Source of the DNA: Azolla caroliniana
Lineage: Eukaryota > Plantae > Polypodiophyta
Direction of reading: 5' to 3'
NCBI GenBank assembly: GCA_043228905.1
Contig: JBHGNT010000277.1
Coordinates: 1 to 40,524, forward strand
DNA length: 40,524 nt
Each line of letters begins with the position of its first letter. The stretch's first letter is position 1. A program made the translations under genes and the position numbers. Positions 22,479 through 34,364 of the stretch are shown here, piece by piece. The notes below the pieces were generated by a model, which had not been told where the DNA came from, searched no databases, and was given only the letters and a program-made list of their open reading frames with translations.

Positions 22479-23331
22479 ACTCAATGTACAGGATGATCAA
22501 GAGATATCTCTTTACAACGTTAGGTTGTCGCTTATATACTAAGCCCTAACTATATGGACGAATTCACACTAGGATACAAAGTGGAAGGAGTCGGCCTTTT
22601 ATGCCAATAAACTCCCATGTAAAAGGACTACTCTTTCCTACATATGCATGTGTTTGGGGTTGTCTCCCTCGTAAACCTAGATTACAACAATAATCTAAAT
22701 TTATGTTACAAGTCGGTTGACATATAGTCGAGTCAGCATAGGTGAGGTCTGTGTTGAGCCTAGAATGGCTCATTATAATGATTGATTTGATCAAGTCTTA
22801 CCTTTTCCTCCTTGTTTGGCTTTCTTTTGCTCGGTTGCTTATCGTAGTCCCATCTTGTTGCCTTCTGGCCGGACTAGCCACAACACAGGTGTCCTTCCGA
22901 ACACTTCTCCAAAGGGGTGGTAAGGTTAGGATGTTAGACCACACACGTAAGATAAGGATTATAAGCACAGACGGTAAGACAATACAGATGCAAAGATATA
23001 GAATAAGTGCTCCAGTATAATTCGTATTATTTTCGTAAGATCATTACATCCAATCGGATCCTTTTATAGGCACCCGACAATATTACAAACGGTGCCCTTT
23101 AGGCAACCGGCTCCGAATTGGTCCGGATCCGGATCGGCACAACTGTACCGGATCCGTCCCTTCGAATAATAATTCTAATAATAATTATACTATATATACA
23201 TATATCCGGTTCGGCTTTCCCACTTGTCCTTTGGCCCTTGACTGGCCAACACATGGCACGCTCGTGGGAAAGTGCCTTGCACTTCGAACCCACACACGGC
23301 CTCATTCTTCCTCCAAAATATCGAGCAGACC

Positions 23332-26300
23332 TTACTCGAAGGTATCAAGTGGCGCCTCCCCGATTTCCTGTTCTGTCCCTGTCTCCCTTCCGAGTTCCAG
23401 TTGGATTGGTTGCTGCTCCGGTTCATCTGCCTTTGCCTATTCTTGTTGTACCGGTGCCTCCTCTCGGCTTCTTCCTAGTTCGTCTTGTTTTTCTTCTAGT
23501 CCAGGCTCTGATCTATTACCGGTGTCACTTTCACCAGTCTCGACTGGTCGGTTGGCTGCTATCTCTTCTTCTGCCCCGGCGTTTACTTGCAACTGCTCCT
23601 CTTCTGTCCCGACATTTGCTTGCAACTGCTCCTCCGTCATCACAGTTGTCTCTTGATTGATCTGGACCGGTGACTCCTCCTCGGGTCCTTCTTGTCGGGG
23701 TTGTTCGGTGTTGGTTGGTTGTACCTCAGCCGGTCGCTCCTCATCGCTTATTGTGATGGGCGTTGTCTTACCCTCGGCTTCTTGTTGTTGACGGTCCTGC
23801 TCGTACTTCTCGAACTCCAACTAAGTTTCGGGTTGTCCGTCATCCAATCTTTCCACCAACCCCCGGATCTCCTTTAGATGTTCTTCTGCTAAAGCGAAGA
23901 AATCCTTTGACAGTTCTTCCCGAATGGTGACAATGCTTTCTTCATCCATCTTATAGAATTTGTCACCTGCCTTCATCCGGTTCTCTGCATCAGCCCGGAG
24001 TGTTTGCAGCTCTGCTGCTTGTTGTGACCACTCCTTCCATACCTTCTCAGAACATTCATTGATGTTGTTCTGAGCTCGGTCCCTCCATGCCGACATGATG
24101 AGTTGGATCCGGTCCACCCCCAATTGAGCACATGCATTAGCCTCTTGCTTTTCCTGCCTCAATCGTACGATAATTGCAGCAGCGGCCTGGGCTTGGCTTT
24201 CATACTCCACTGCCTTCTTTTCATATGTATCCCTCAGTTTGTTGAGTGCGTATGTTGCCCGTTCCTTCTCTTCATTCCGGGTCTTGGTGAGCTCCAACTT
24301 TTCCTTTGCCGCTGCTTCCAACTGCTTTACTCATTCCACCGCTTGGGTCTTCTCTACCGACAACACTTCCTTCTTTACATCTAATTCGTCCATTGTCTTG
24401 GCAAGATCCAACCGGGTCTCTTTCAGCTGCTCCTTTAACTTTTCCATCTGCCGGTCGAACTCCACTCCCCGTTTTTTGTAATCCGACTCGGCTTGCTTGT
24501 GCTCCCGATACAACCTGTCAAAATCCTCAGTTTTTTGTTTCAAGCGTCAGTTTACCTGAGCATGCAACCGGTCGTCCCGATCCTTTTGTTGCCGGAGTTC
24601 TTCCTTGAGATGTTCTATTTCCGTTTCGGCATGCCGGCGCAGTCTGTCCTTGTCCTGCTGTAGCTTGTCTCTTCCTTCCTTCAGTCGGTCGTTGTTGGCC
24701 TGGCTTTTTCGGAGGCTTCCTTCCATCCTCCACCTTTCTTCTTCCGCCAACTTCCGTTGTTCTCTTTCCTTCTCCCTCAACGCCTCTCGAGCCCTCAACT
24801 CTTCTCGTAAAGTTGCTATTATTTTTGCAGACTCAGGGCCGGTTTGCAAGGCCTCTCCTTCCACCGGTTCCGGGGTGGCTTTCTTCCTTGTTGTCCCGAC
24901 CGGCTCGGTGACGACCTGTGCCTGTTGGCCCACTGTGGCCGTATTGGCCGCTCTTTCCCTTGCCTTCGTCAACTCCTCTTGCAACCCCTGGATCTACGTT
25001 CGGAGCGAGACCAATTCTTCTGTCGTTGTCCGCGTAAGGTATTCCCTATGCCTCTCTTCCCCGTCCAGTTGGTCTGCTACCCCCGACACTTGTTTTGAGA
25101 GCCCTCTCAACCACTGTTGCATCGTGCTATTCTCTAGTCCATTCTCTCCTTCAGTCAGGGTGCTTTGCACGCTCCCGCTCTGTGGTTCCGATTGTTGCTC
25201 TTGTCTTCCCTCCGGCTGCCTTGCACTTGTTTCCAGTTTCGGGACTTGTTCACTTCCCAAGTCCGGGAAGATTTGTTCGCTGGCGAAGTCCGGCAAAACC
25301 TGTTCTTGGCCGTCATCTGGCAACATATGTTTGAGTGCTACCTCTTTTTGTGCGGCCCTTGATTCTTCCTGTTCCCCTACCTCCTCGGTTATTGGAGTCG
25401 GTCCCTTCGCTTGTTGCTGAGTGCCGCCAACTGGTGGAGCCGGTTCTTTCTCCTGTTGCTCCCGACCCCGCGTTGGTGCATGTCTTTCCAATGGCTCAAC
25501 CGAGTCCTCCTCCGCAGCCTCCTCCTCCGTGGTGGTTCCCAGACGGATCTTTCGTACAAAGTCCACTAGTTCAAGTTCTGGCCTTCGCACTGCTATTTTG
25601 ATCGGCTTATGCACCACCGGCTCTTCTTTGGCTAGCTCCTATGTGCGGGTGGTCTTCTTCGCCGATTTTTCTTTTCCTTTCCCCGCCGGTTTTGCTTTTC
25701 ACGCCTGTTCTGGTTGCCGTTTGGATGGCCCTTCTTCCAGCTGTTCGTCCTCCTCCTGAGTCCATCCTGGGGTATGTTTCTCCAGGAGCTGTCGGAGTTT
25801 CGCGGTCTTCTTTGGTGTCGTCTCCTGGCGACCCCTTTTCCTTTGCTTGATGGGGAGAATAGGTGGGACCAACACAGTCAGCCACTGCGCTATCCCGGCC
25901 CATGATTTCTTTCCTTCCACTAGGTTCCCGATCGCGTCCTTCAAGCCTTCGGTGATGAAGTGGAGCCAGTCCACCCTCAGCCCTTCATATGCCGCGATCA
26001 CGAACCCGGCCCAGTACTTTGGTATGGCTAGGGGACGAGGGTGTACAAACCCGTATTCCATCATTGCGCGGGCCACTTCCCTGAATAACAAGTTTTGTCC
26101 CCCTTGCGTTCGGTATGCCTTGCTACTCAGAGAGTACTCCCCGAAGTACTCGAACAAGATTTGGTGGAGGGGCACTCTATTGATCGCAATCCTCCCGCCT
26201 GTAGCCCTGTGAGCGCCTGCACCGCGCCTTCTGTGATCTCAGACAGATCGATGGTTGCGGCTGCCTGCTCTAGTTCAACGTGCGGTGGTGCATCGGCGAT

Positions 26301-26456
26301 TTGCAGAAACCCTTCCAACCCGTTTTCTGTCAGCCACTGTCTTGCTTCCTCTGAGAGCGCCATGGGACCTGTGTCTTCCTCGTGGGTGTGCTGGTCGGTG
26401 TTGACGCTGAGCTCTGTGCGTCTGGGTGCTCTCCCATTTTCTCGTGCCTGCTTCAA
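23332..26456 (-). pseudogene. Additional sense ORF downstream of integrase (~1000 codons; globular N-terminus, long coiled-coil/acidic C-terminus)
   Basis: Track ORFs 26175, 25617, 24984, 24543, 24321 and 23820 are all in one frame, separated only by point stops. One frameshift near 26200. The frame continues past the TAG at 23437 to TAA at 23332. Confidence 0.8.
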
Positions 26457-26778
26457 AGAAAATTAACGAAATGTGATTCCTTCACACGCCTTTGCCTTTT
26501 GTAGGTTCATTCTCCTCGAGCCGTCGTTTCTTGATTCCCGCGCATGCATACCTCCTGCCATAATTAGTATGTGTCCTTCGCCTCGTTTTTAGTGGCTAGG
26601 CTTTAAATAGCAAGTCCCCCACCTTTTCACTTAATAACTGGCGGCATTTCATTAAACTTTTTTAAATTAATTGCTGGCGCTCCCACCTTTTCCATTCTCC
26701 CTCATAATTACGTCTGTATTTCTTTTTCTTTTTATTTATTTTATTTTATTTTATTTTATTTTTTCGAAATTTGTTACG

Positions 26779-29700
26779 TTAGTTGTCGATTATATCCGGG
26801 CATCCCGGATTGGTTATATCTGGTGCCGGACCTTCTTCCTGCCGGTTTTCCGGATCTTGTGAGTCCTCGTTCTTCTGAAATGGGTTGGCCGGCATGCGTC
26901 CTTTGTAGGGCTTCAACCGGAATCCGTTTGCCCATTTGCCGATGATCTCGCCTGCTAGCGTGCCGAGCTGATACGACCCATTATATTCTTTCGTAATCCA
27001 GAACGGTCCGGTCCACCGAAACCGTAGCTTTCCCGGCATGTTGCTCATTCGGGTCTGGAACAGTAGGACCGGTTTTCCGATTTCGAATTCCTTTTCATTG
27101 CCTCTCTGATATCGGTCTACGAATGCCTTCCTTCTCCGTTGTTCGAGCTCAAGCTGTAGCAAGCTTGCTATTCGGTTTTCCTCTAACTCGCACAATGTTG
27201 CCAGCCGAATTTTCTCGGACTCTTTCTTGCTCAAGCGTTCCTTCACCTGTATCTGTAAACTTGGAATTTGAAACTCTACCGGCATCACTGCTTCCAATCC
27301 GAATGCCAATCGGAACAGGGTTGTCTGGATGCTGGTCTTGTACGGTGTCTGGTATGCCCAAAGTGCGCTCTGCAGCTTCGTGTTCCAATCTGTCCGATTC
27401 TCATTGACAATTTTCCGTAAAATATTTTGTAGGGTTTTGTTGGTTGATTCAGCCAATCCGTTGGCCTGCGGGTAATAAGGTGTGCTTCGTTTGTGCACCA
27501 CCGCATAGAACAACGTCAAGCTTTCCACTACTTGCCCAAGGAAATGCCCTCCTTGATCGCTTATCAACTCGATCGGGCAACCATATCGGCACCATATGCA
27601 TTCATACAAAAATTTTGCTGTGGAAGCGGCCGTGTTATCTCTCAATGCCTTCGCTTCGACCCACTTTGTGCAGTAATCGGTGGCCACTATGATGTACCGA
27701 TTCCTGGTTCTCATCGCTGGGGGTTTAAATGGACCGACGAAGTCTAGTTCCCATTTCTAAAATGGCTCCAGAGGCAAGACTAGGTGGTGAGGCATTCGGG
27801 CCTGCTCCGTTGGTTGACCCAGTCGCTGACATAGATCGCATTCTTTACTATACCTGATGGCATCCTTGAGGGTGGTTGGCCACCATAACCCGCTTTGCCA
27901 TATTTTTCGGGCTTCTACTTCTCCGGCATAATGCCCTCCAACTATACCGCAGTGAGCTTCCCTTAGGATCATCTCCTTTTTGTCGCTCCGCATTGTTCGT
28001 CGCCAGATACCGTCCGCCCCCTTGTGGTAGAGGGTGTCCCTGACCAGACAAAAGTGCCTGCTTTGGACCACCACACGCTTCCACTCGTCCCAATTCATGT
28101 TCTCAAGAGGTAATCCGGTGCTCAAGAATTGGTGCATATCGGTTAGCCACTTGTCCTCCTCGGCAACTGTTGCATCTGTGGCTGGTTCCGTCGTTATTCG
28201 GAACAATTTGGCATCGGGAAACTCTTCTTGTACGCTGTTGCCCACTTCTCCGGATTCGAGTTTGCTTAGGTAGTCGGCCACCGCGTGCTGCACCCCAGGT
28301 CGGTGGAAGATATCAAATTCAAATTCTTGAAGCAGCAACGTCCACCTTGCGATTTTACCGGTCAGCGATGCCTTCGAGACCAGGTACAATAGTGCCGAAT
28401 GATCTACGTGGAAGGAGAACTTTCTTCCTAGTAAGTAGTGTCGGTATTTCGTGACACTGTATACCATGCCTAAGGCTTCCCTTTCCGTTGTGGAATAATT
28501 CCGTTCCGCTTTCGAGAGCTTCCGGCTGGCGTAGTAAACCGGCCGGTACCACTTCGGCTCAGTTAGCTGCATTAAGACACTTCCTATTGCGATGTCCGAC
28601 GCATCTACGAAGACATGAAAACTCTTCGTCCAATCCGAAGGTTGCACCACTGGAGCTTGTGATATCATTACCTTCAACGCTTGGTATGCTTTTTCCTCGG
28701 TTTCTGCCCACTGAAAGGGCATCCGGTGTACTGCGGCATGAAGTGGTGTAGCAAAATTTGCAAGGTGTCGTATCATCCGGCTGTGCCACCTAATTTGCCC
28801 CAAGAACCGACTTAGGGCTTTCGCGTTGTTTGGTGCTGGTGCCTCGAGGATTTCTCTTACCTTGTCCGGATCCACAATGATCCCTTCTTTGCTAACCACG
28901 TGTCCTAATAGGTTGCCGCTTGCTACTCCAAAGACACACTTGGCTGGGTTCAAGCTCAGTTGGTATTCATTGCATTTTTCTAGGCATAACCGAAGGTGGT
29001 CGAGGTGTTCCGTTTGCAGGCTGTATACCGCAAAATCGTCGAGGAACACCTGCATAAACCTAGGGATGTACTCTCCAAATATCTCCATTATGATCCGCTG
29101 GAACGTTGCTAGGGCCGTCTTTAACCCGACCATCATTACTACCGCCACAAATACCCCCCATTCCGTAATGAAGGTCGTCTTTTCCTGGTCAGTCGGGCGC
29201 ATCCGAATCTGGTTGTAACCATTGAATCCGTCTAGGAAGTTGTAGACCTCGTGTCCGGCGACCGCATCCAGTACCCCGTCCGTGAACGGTAATGGGAACG
29301 CGTCGGTTACCGTGGCTGCGTTCAACTTCCGGTAATCCACGCACACCCGGATCTTGCCGTTTTTCTTTGGAACGACCACTATCGGGCTTAACTAGGTTGC
29401 CTGCTTCACTGGTCGGATGAACCTGACCTTGAGCAACTTGTCAATTTCTTCTTTGACCTTTGCCGCATAATTTGGGTTCATGCGGTACCTTTGTTGTGCT
29501 ACTGGTTTAGTATCTGTACTGAGGTGAATTTGGTGTTGATACAGCTGGGGGTCCAGCCCTCGCATGTCTTCGTACGACCATGCGAATATGTCCCGAAAGT
29601 CTGTTAATAAAGAGACCATTGCCTTCTTCTCTTTGTCCGGCAATTCCGTTGCCACTTTTACCGGCCTTGGTTTGTCCATCGTTCCGAGGTCCACCTCCTC

Positions 29701-32081
29701 CAACTGGGACGCTTTTACTCTCTGTGATATCGTCATTTCCCTCTCAAGTGACTCCTATGCTTGGCGCAACTCTCAGATTGTTGCCTGATCCGGCTCGTCC
29801 GGTTCCGGAGTAGTGATATATGGTCCGATAGTTGCCGTGATGTCGACCTCAAAGAGTGGTAAGATCTTCGGGTGTTCCTCCATATAACGATCGATCTCCT
29901 TGTCTGGCAACCCTTCCAACATGTTGATACTCGCAGCATATAGTGGGGTCGCTTCTTTACTGGTGATTGCCCGCGGCTGTGTAGCCACACGTACCTTCGT
30001 CTTCCCACGCCGGAATGTGATAATATTCTTTTGCCAATTTTGTTTAATATGTGTTGTTCGTAGCCATGGTTGTCCCAACAGTAGAGGGTATGCTCCTTGC
30101 ACATTTAGTTGCAGCACCACGGCCGATATGCGGAATACGTGGCCCCCGACTGTGACCTCCAGGTCCCGGATAAGCTCGGTTGGTCGGACCGAATTGGTAT
30201 CTGCCATGCGTAACCAGAAGGGACACGGCTCCCATTCTCAGATGCCCAAGTTGTCGCATGTTCGTCGACTGACGACGTTTACTCCTGATCCTCCGTCAAT
30301 GATCATTCCGGCGATTTCCTTGCCCTTCACAATTAGTGTGATTGTCGGGCTGCTTGTGTCCACCACGGTCGGTCCTTCTTCCGGGTTGGAGAAAAACGCC
30401 GGTGCCGGCGCTGGCTTTGGTTTGATGACGGTTTAACCAACTGGAGCAGACGTGCTAATGGTAGCATGATCTGACAATCTTGTAGTGCTTGCCACATCGG
30501 GTTGTCCTCCGGTTGCGTGACTGCTTCCTCAAGCTGCGTATTCTGGTTTGTTATCTCCGCCATGTTCTGTTCGTTGGCCTTTTTAACCCATTCCGATGCC
30601 TGCTTTCGGATTGCCTCCTGGGCTTCCCATTTTGCAGCTTTCCCTTTTGACCGGGTTGTTACGTGCTGAACGTCGGTCACCTCAGCCATGACCATATTGA
30701 CTGTCGGCTGCTTATCGTTTGTTTTGATCGGGCATTGGTTACTGTAATGCCCTTCCTTTCGGCAGTAGTAACAATATACTTTGTGGTTGTTACTTGATTC
30801 TCCTTTGCTTCCGGTGGAGATTACCCGGCGGTTGTCTTCTGTTTTCTGGTTCTCTGGTGCCGATACTGGGTTGTTATCTCTCGCCGCCTCTCGCCGCCTC
30901 CTGGCACTCCTCTCTGTGAAAAAACCCTCGCTTCTGATTTCGCCGGAAATTTCGGTTCCCTTGACGTCTATCGTCTCTACGTCGGTCATATTCCAGGGAG
31001 TCGTCTCGTTCATACCGGTCCCTGCGATAGCCGTCCCTGCGTTTCTCGTTGCGATCATAGTCCTCACGTCGCCGATCAGTGTATCTGTCGCCGCGCTCGC
31101 GTTGGTCGCGATCGTCTCTCTCGAATTTGTCTTCTTCCGGGTCCTGATTGTTCCGTGGTTCTATGTGTCGGACCGGTGCCGCCTGCCGATTGAGCAAGTT
31201 GTACTCGCATCGGTCCGTCGTATGTGCCCGAGAGTGGCATATCATGCACTGTGTGCGCATAGTGCAGTCGACCGTTGAGTGGCCCGAATTGAGACACGTT
31301 GTGCACTGCAGGGCTTGCCGGAACCTCAAATCTTCTTCCTTCGGGAGAGCCTGGTGTAGCATTCCTAGTGACATGAATGAACTGTTTTTGTCCATCTCTA
31401 GTACTCGGTCAATGACCTGGACCGTGCTGGTACGGAAATCGACAACTCCGCACATTGTTCTAAGTGGTTCCCTTAATGCAGCCAAAAATACTGCTTTCGC
31501 TTCGTCTTCGGGAGGTGCTCTTGTCAACTGGTTGTGCAAGGTTTGGAATCGGATGATAAATTGTGGTTTGTTTCCTGCTCTTCATGTCGTGTGGTATAGA
31601 ATTGCCCGACTAGTTCCCTCTATTCTACTTGTCTATGGAACAACCGAAGGAATTTTGCCTTCAAGGCCTCGAATGTGGCAAAGCTGTTGGGTAAATGTTT
31701 TGCATGCCAACGAGCGGCCAGTCCTTCCAGCGTCATGCCGAATTCGGCGACTTTGGACCGCTTGGCCTCGGGCTCCATCAATCTCTAAGAGACATGGTTG
31801 GCTTCTCATGTCTGGAGAAAGGCGTACACATGAGCCTCCGCGTCGGGATCATCCCGGTATTTTGGGTAAGGATACGACATGGTGTCATCTGGTTGTTTCA
31901 ACTGGGTATCCCTCTCTCTCCGCTCTTTCGGTGGTGTGTGATTCCTTGCTTCCTCCGCGGGTGGTGTCGGTATACGATCCTTCGCTTCCTCCGCAGCTGG
32001 TGTCGGTATACGATTAGTCTCTCTCGGCGATTGCCGGTCCCCGAACTCCAAGGTTATTTCTTCCGTTGGTTCCGGCGTCAA
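26779..32081 (-). pseudogene. Gypsy gag-pol, fragmented by stops and frameshifts
   Basis: Gag with CCHC knuckles, protease IIDGGSGVN, RT (RVCVDYRKLN, VFLDDF), RNase H (VDASD, YSTTERE, VDH), integrase HHCC, and ATDYC / SDQG / AESTN with a GPF motif. The gag start may lie slightly further upstream. Confidence 0.92.
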
Positions 32082-33876
32082 TGAGTTGTCCGACCCGTCT
32101 TCCTCCGGATCGTTCGGGGTGTCGTGACTGCTTTTATACCGTGACGCAACGCTCTCTTCGCTGTCTGGATCCGACTCTAGGTTTGCGAATGCTCCTGCGT
32201 CTCCGTCGCCACCGGCAAGCGCTTGTAGTATTGATTTTGCTTCTTGCAGAATAGTCAGGCTATTGCCTTCGTCGGAGAATTGTTAATTCCGGAACTGCAA
32301 TGCTTCTTCTGCGACTCTCCGAAGCGTTCTGGAAAAGGACCGATCCTGCTGGATCTCCTCGGCCGCTTGCTGCAAGGCTTCCCGTCGTCGTTGTCGTTCG
32401 GCGAACCATCTCCCTCATTCGGTAATGTGGTCGTTGTTCGGTCTAGACATCCATCCCCCGGTGTTCTCTGCACTCTGCAGGAATCGTGGTCGCCAAAATA
32501 GTGTTGCCTTCTGGTCGGACTAGCCACAACACAGGTGTCCTTCCGAACACTTCTCCAAAGGGGTGGTAAGGTTAGGATGTTAGACCACACGCGTAAGATA
32601 AGGATTATAAGCACAGACGGTAAGACAATATAGATGCAAAGATACAGAATAAGTGCTCCAGTATAATTCGTATTACTTCCGGATCCTTTTATAGGCATCC
32701 GACAATATTACAAAATGGTGCCCTTTAGGCAACCGGCTCCGAATCGGTCCGGATCCGGATCGGCACAACTGTACCGGATCCGTCCCTCCGAATAATAATT
32801 CTAATAATAATTATACTATATATACATATATCCGGTTCGGCTTTCCCACTTGTCCTTCGGCCCTTGACCGGCCAACACATCTTTGTCCTTAGTGCTCTGA
32901 AATGTTGATTTGGGAGTGGCTTTGTCAGGCAATTCGCGATGTTCACCTCGGTGTCGATCTTCCGGACTTCGAGCCTCTTCTCAGTTATAAGCTCCCGGAT
33001 GTGATGATACCGTACCTCAATGTGCTTCATCTTTGCATGATAGACGGGATTGTTAATGAGGTGAATTGCGCTTTGCGAGTCGCAATAGATGGTCGGCGTT
33101 GGTTAGTCGATTCGGCTTGTAGATGAGAAGGTGGTAGACCGTCGATGTAACCCGATCGCTTCCTTTGCTGCCTCCGATGTTGCTATGTACTCGGCTTTTG
33201 TGGTCGATAGAGCCGTGCACTCTTGAAGTTTGGACCTCCATGATATTGAACCGCCATAATAGGTGAAGATGTAATCTGATGTCGGTTTCCGATTGTCTGT
33301 GTTCCCGGCATAGTCGGAATCGATGTAGCCTTCGACTTTGGCTGAGGTTGTCAGTCCAAAAGTCAGCTGTGTATCTTCAGTCCCTCTTAGGTACCTGAAG
33401 ATGTGTTTGACGGCCTCCCAATTCTTTCGTCCTGGGTTTGACATGTACTGGTTGACCACTCGTACGACATAGGCTAGGTCGGGTCGGGTCGGGTCGCCAC
33501 CATTGCGTACATGATACCTCCTACGGCCGATGCATAGGGCATCTTTCCATTAAGCTCTCTCTCCTTGTCCGTTGAAGGAGAGTCTTTGTCCGATAGTCAG
33601 ATCGGCGTCAGAAGCGGTGCTGGTGTCAGAGTCGGATCAGCGATATCCAAGCTGCCTGATGTAGGAGTCGAACTTCTGGTACCACATCCTCAGCGCTTAT
33701 TTCACGCCATAGAGACTGTTCTTCAGTTGACATACGAGGTGACTTTCCTCCCTCGTCGCCGTGAAGCCTACCGGTTGAGACATGTAGATGTCTTCTTCCA
33801 GATCTCTGTGTAGGAATGTCGTCTTTACATCCAGCTACTCGGTCTTCTGTCGCCACGACTCCTAGTTGTCATGATA

Positions 33877-33940
33877 TGGCAAGACTCGAACCCATGACCT
33901 TATGCTACATGGGTCGAGCTCTTACCATTAGACTATGAAT
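33877..33940 (-). promoter_or_regulatory. tRNA-like Pol III A/B-box cassette at the LTR tip (second copy ~39113-39176)
   Basis: Minus strand TAGTCTAATGG ...32 nt... GGTTCGAGTCT TGCCA. Box spacing is 43 nt start to start, as in tRNA genes. Not a complete cloverleaf. Confidence 0.6.
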
Positions 33941-34364
33941 TGTAATTTGTAGGATATTATTTTCATTTATGCTTTATCATAGAAAATTGATGTATATTCC
34001 ATATCTCTCTGGAACATTCTAGAAGCTTTAAGGTTATTCCTAAAAACACTATAAAAGGAGGCAAAGGCATTGTTTTGAACCAAATTGGTTCAACACCAGT
34101 CTTAAGCCTCTTAGCCGATTTGTACTTATCTTTCATATAATATAAGAGTTGTTGTCATCATCCTATCTCTCTCTCTCCTCTTCTCACTTCCTCTCTCTCG
34201 GGAATCTTACGCAGTCCCCGTCCTCTTAGTACTAATAGTACTGCTCTTCTTAGTACTAATTCCATCTCTGCTTTAGTACTATTCCTGACAGTTTGAACCA
34301 ATTTTCCTCTTTCCTCCAGCCTACTTGTCGTTCTCCCTCATCCTCCTACCCTTTTCCCTCTACT

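Larger units (their letters stand above)
22856..32877 (-). mobile_element. Full-length non-chromovirus Ty3/gypsy element (10.0 kb) with an extra 3' ORF
   Basis: 5' LTR 32877-32502 (376 bp) and 3' LTR 23251-22856 (396 bp, with a 20-bp indel). TG..CA termini and TSD CATCT (22851-22855, 32878-32882). PBS TGGCGACCAC at 32495-32486 (tRNA-Arg-like). Domain order gag-PR-RT-RH-INT with no chromodomain. Confidence 0.95.

Noticed and set aside
22500-22797. Possible highly decayed copia RT fragment
   Set aside because: Only a faint resemblance (DLTYADSTICQ); too weak to call without an HMM search.
23284-23292. B-box-like GGGTTCGAA upstream of the gypsy 3' LTR (also one at ~21863)
   Set aside because: No matching A box at tRNA spacing and no terminal CC.
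23118-32698. Many plus-strand ORFs (e.g. 24605..25420, 31148..32017) and 32255..32698
   Set aside because: Antisense shadows of the gypsy ORFs or LTR read-through, with no recognisable domains.
33877-33940. Functional tRNA gene
   Set aside because: Acceptor, anticodon and T stems do not pair properly. Only the promoter boxes and spacing are tRNA-like.
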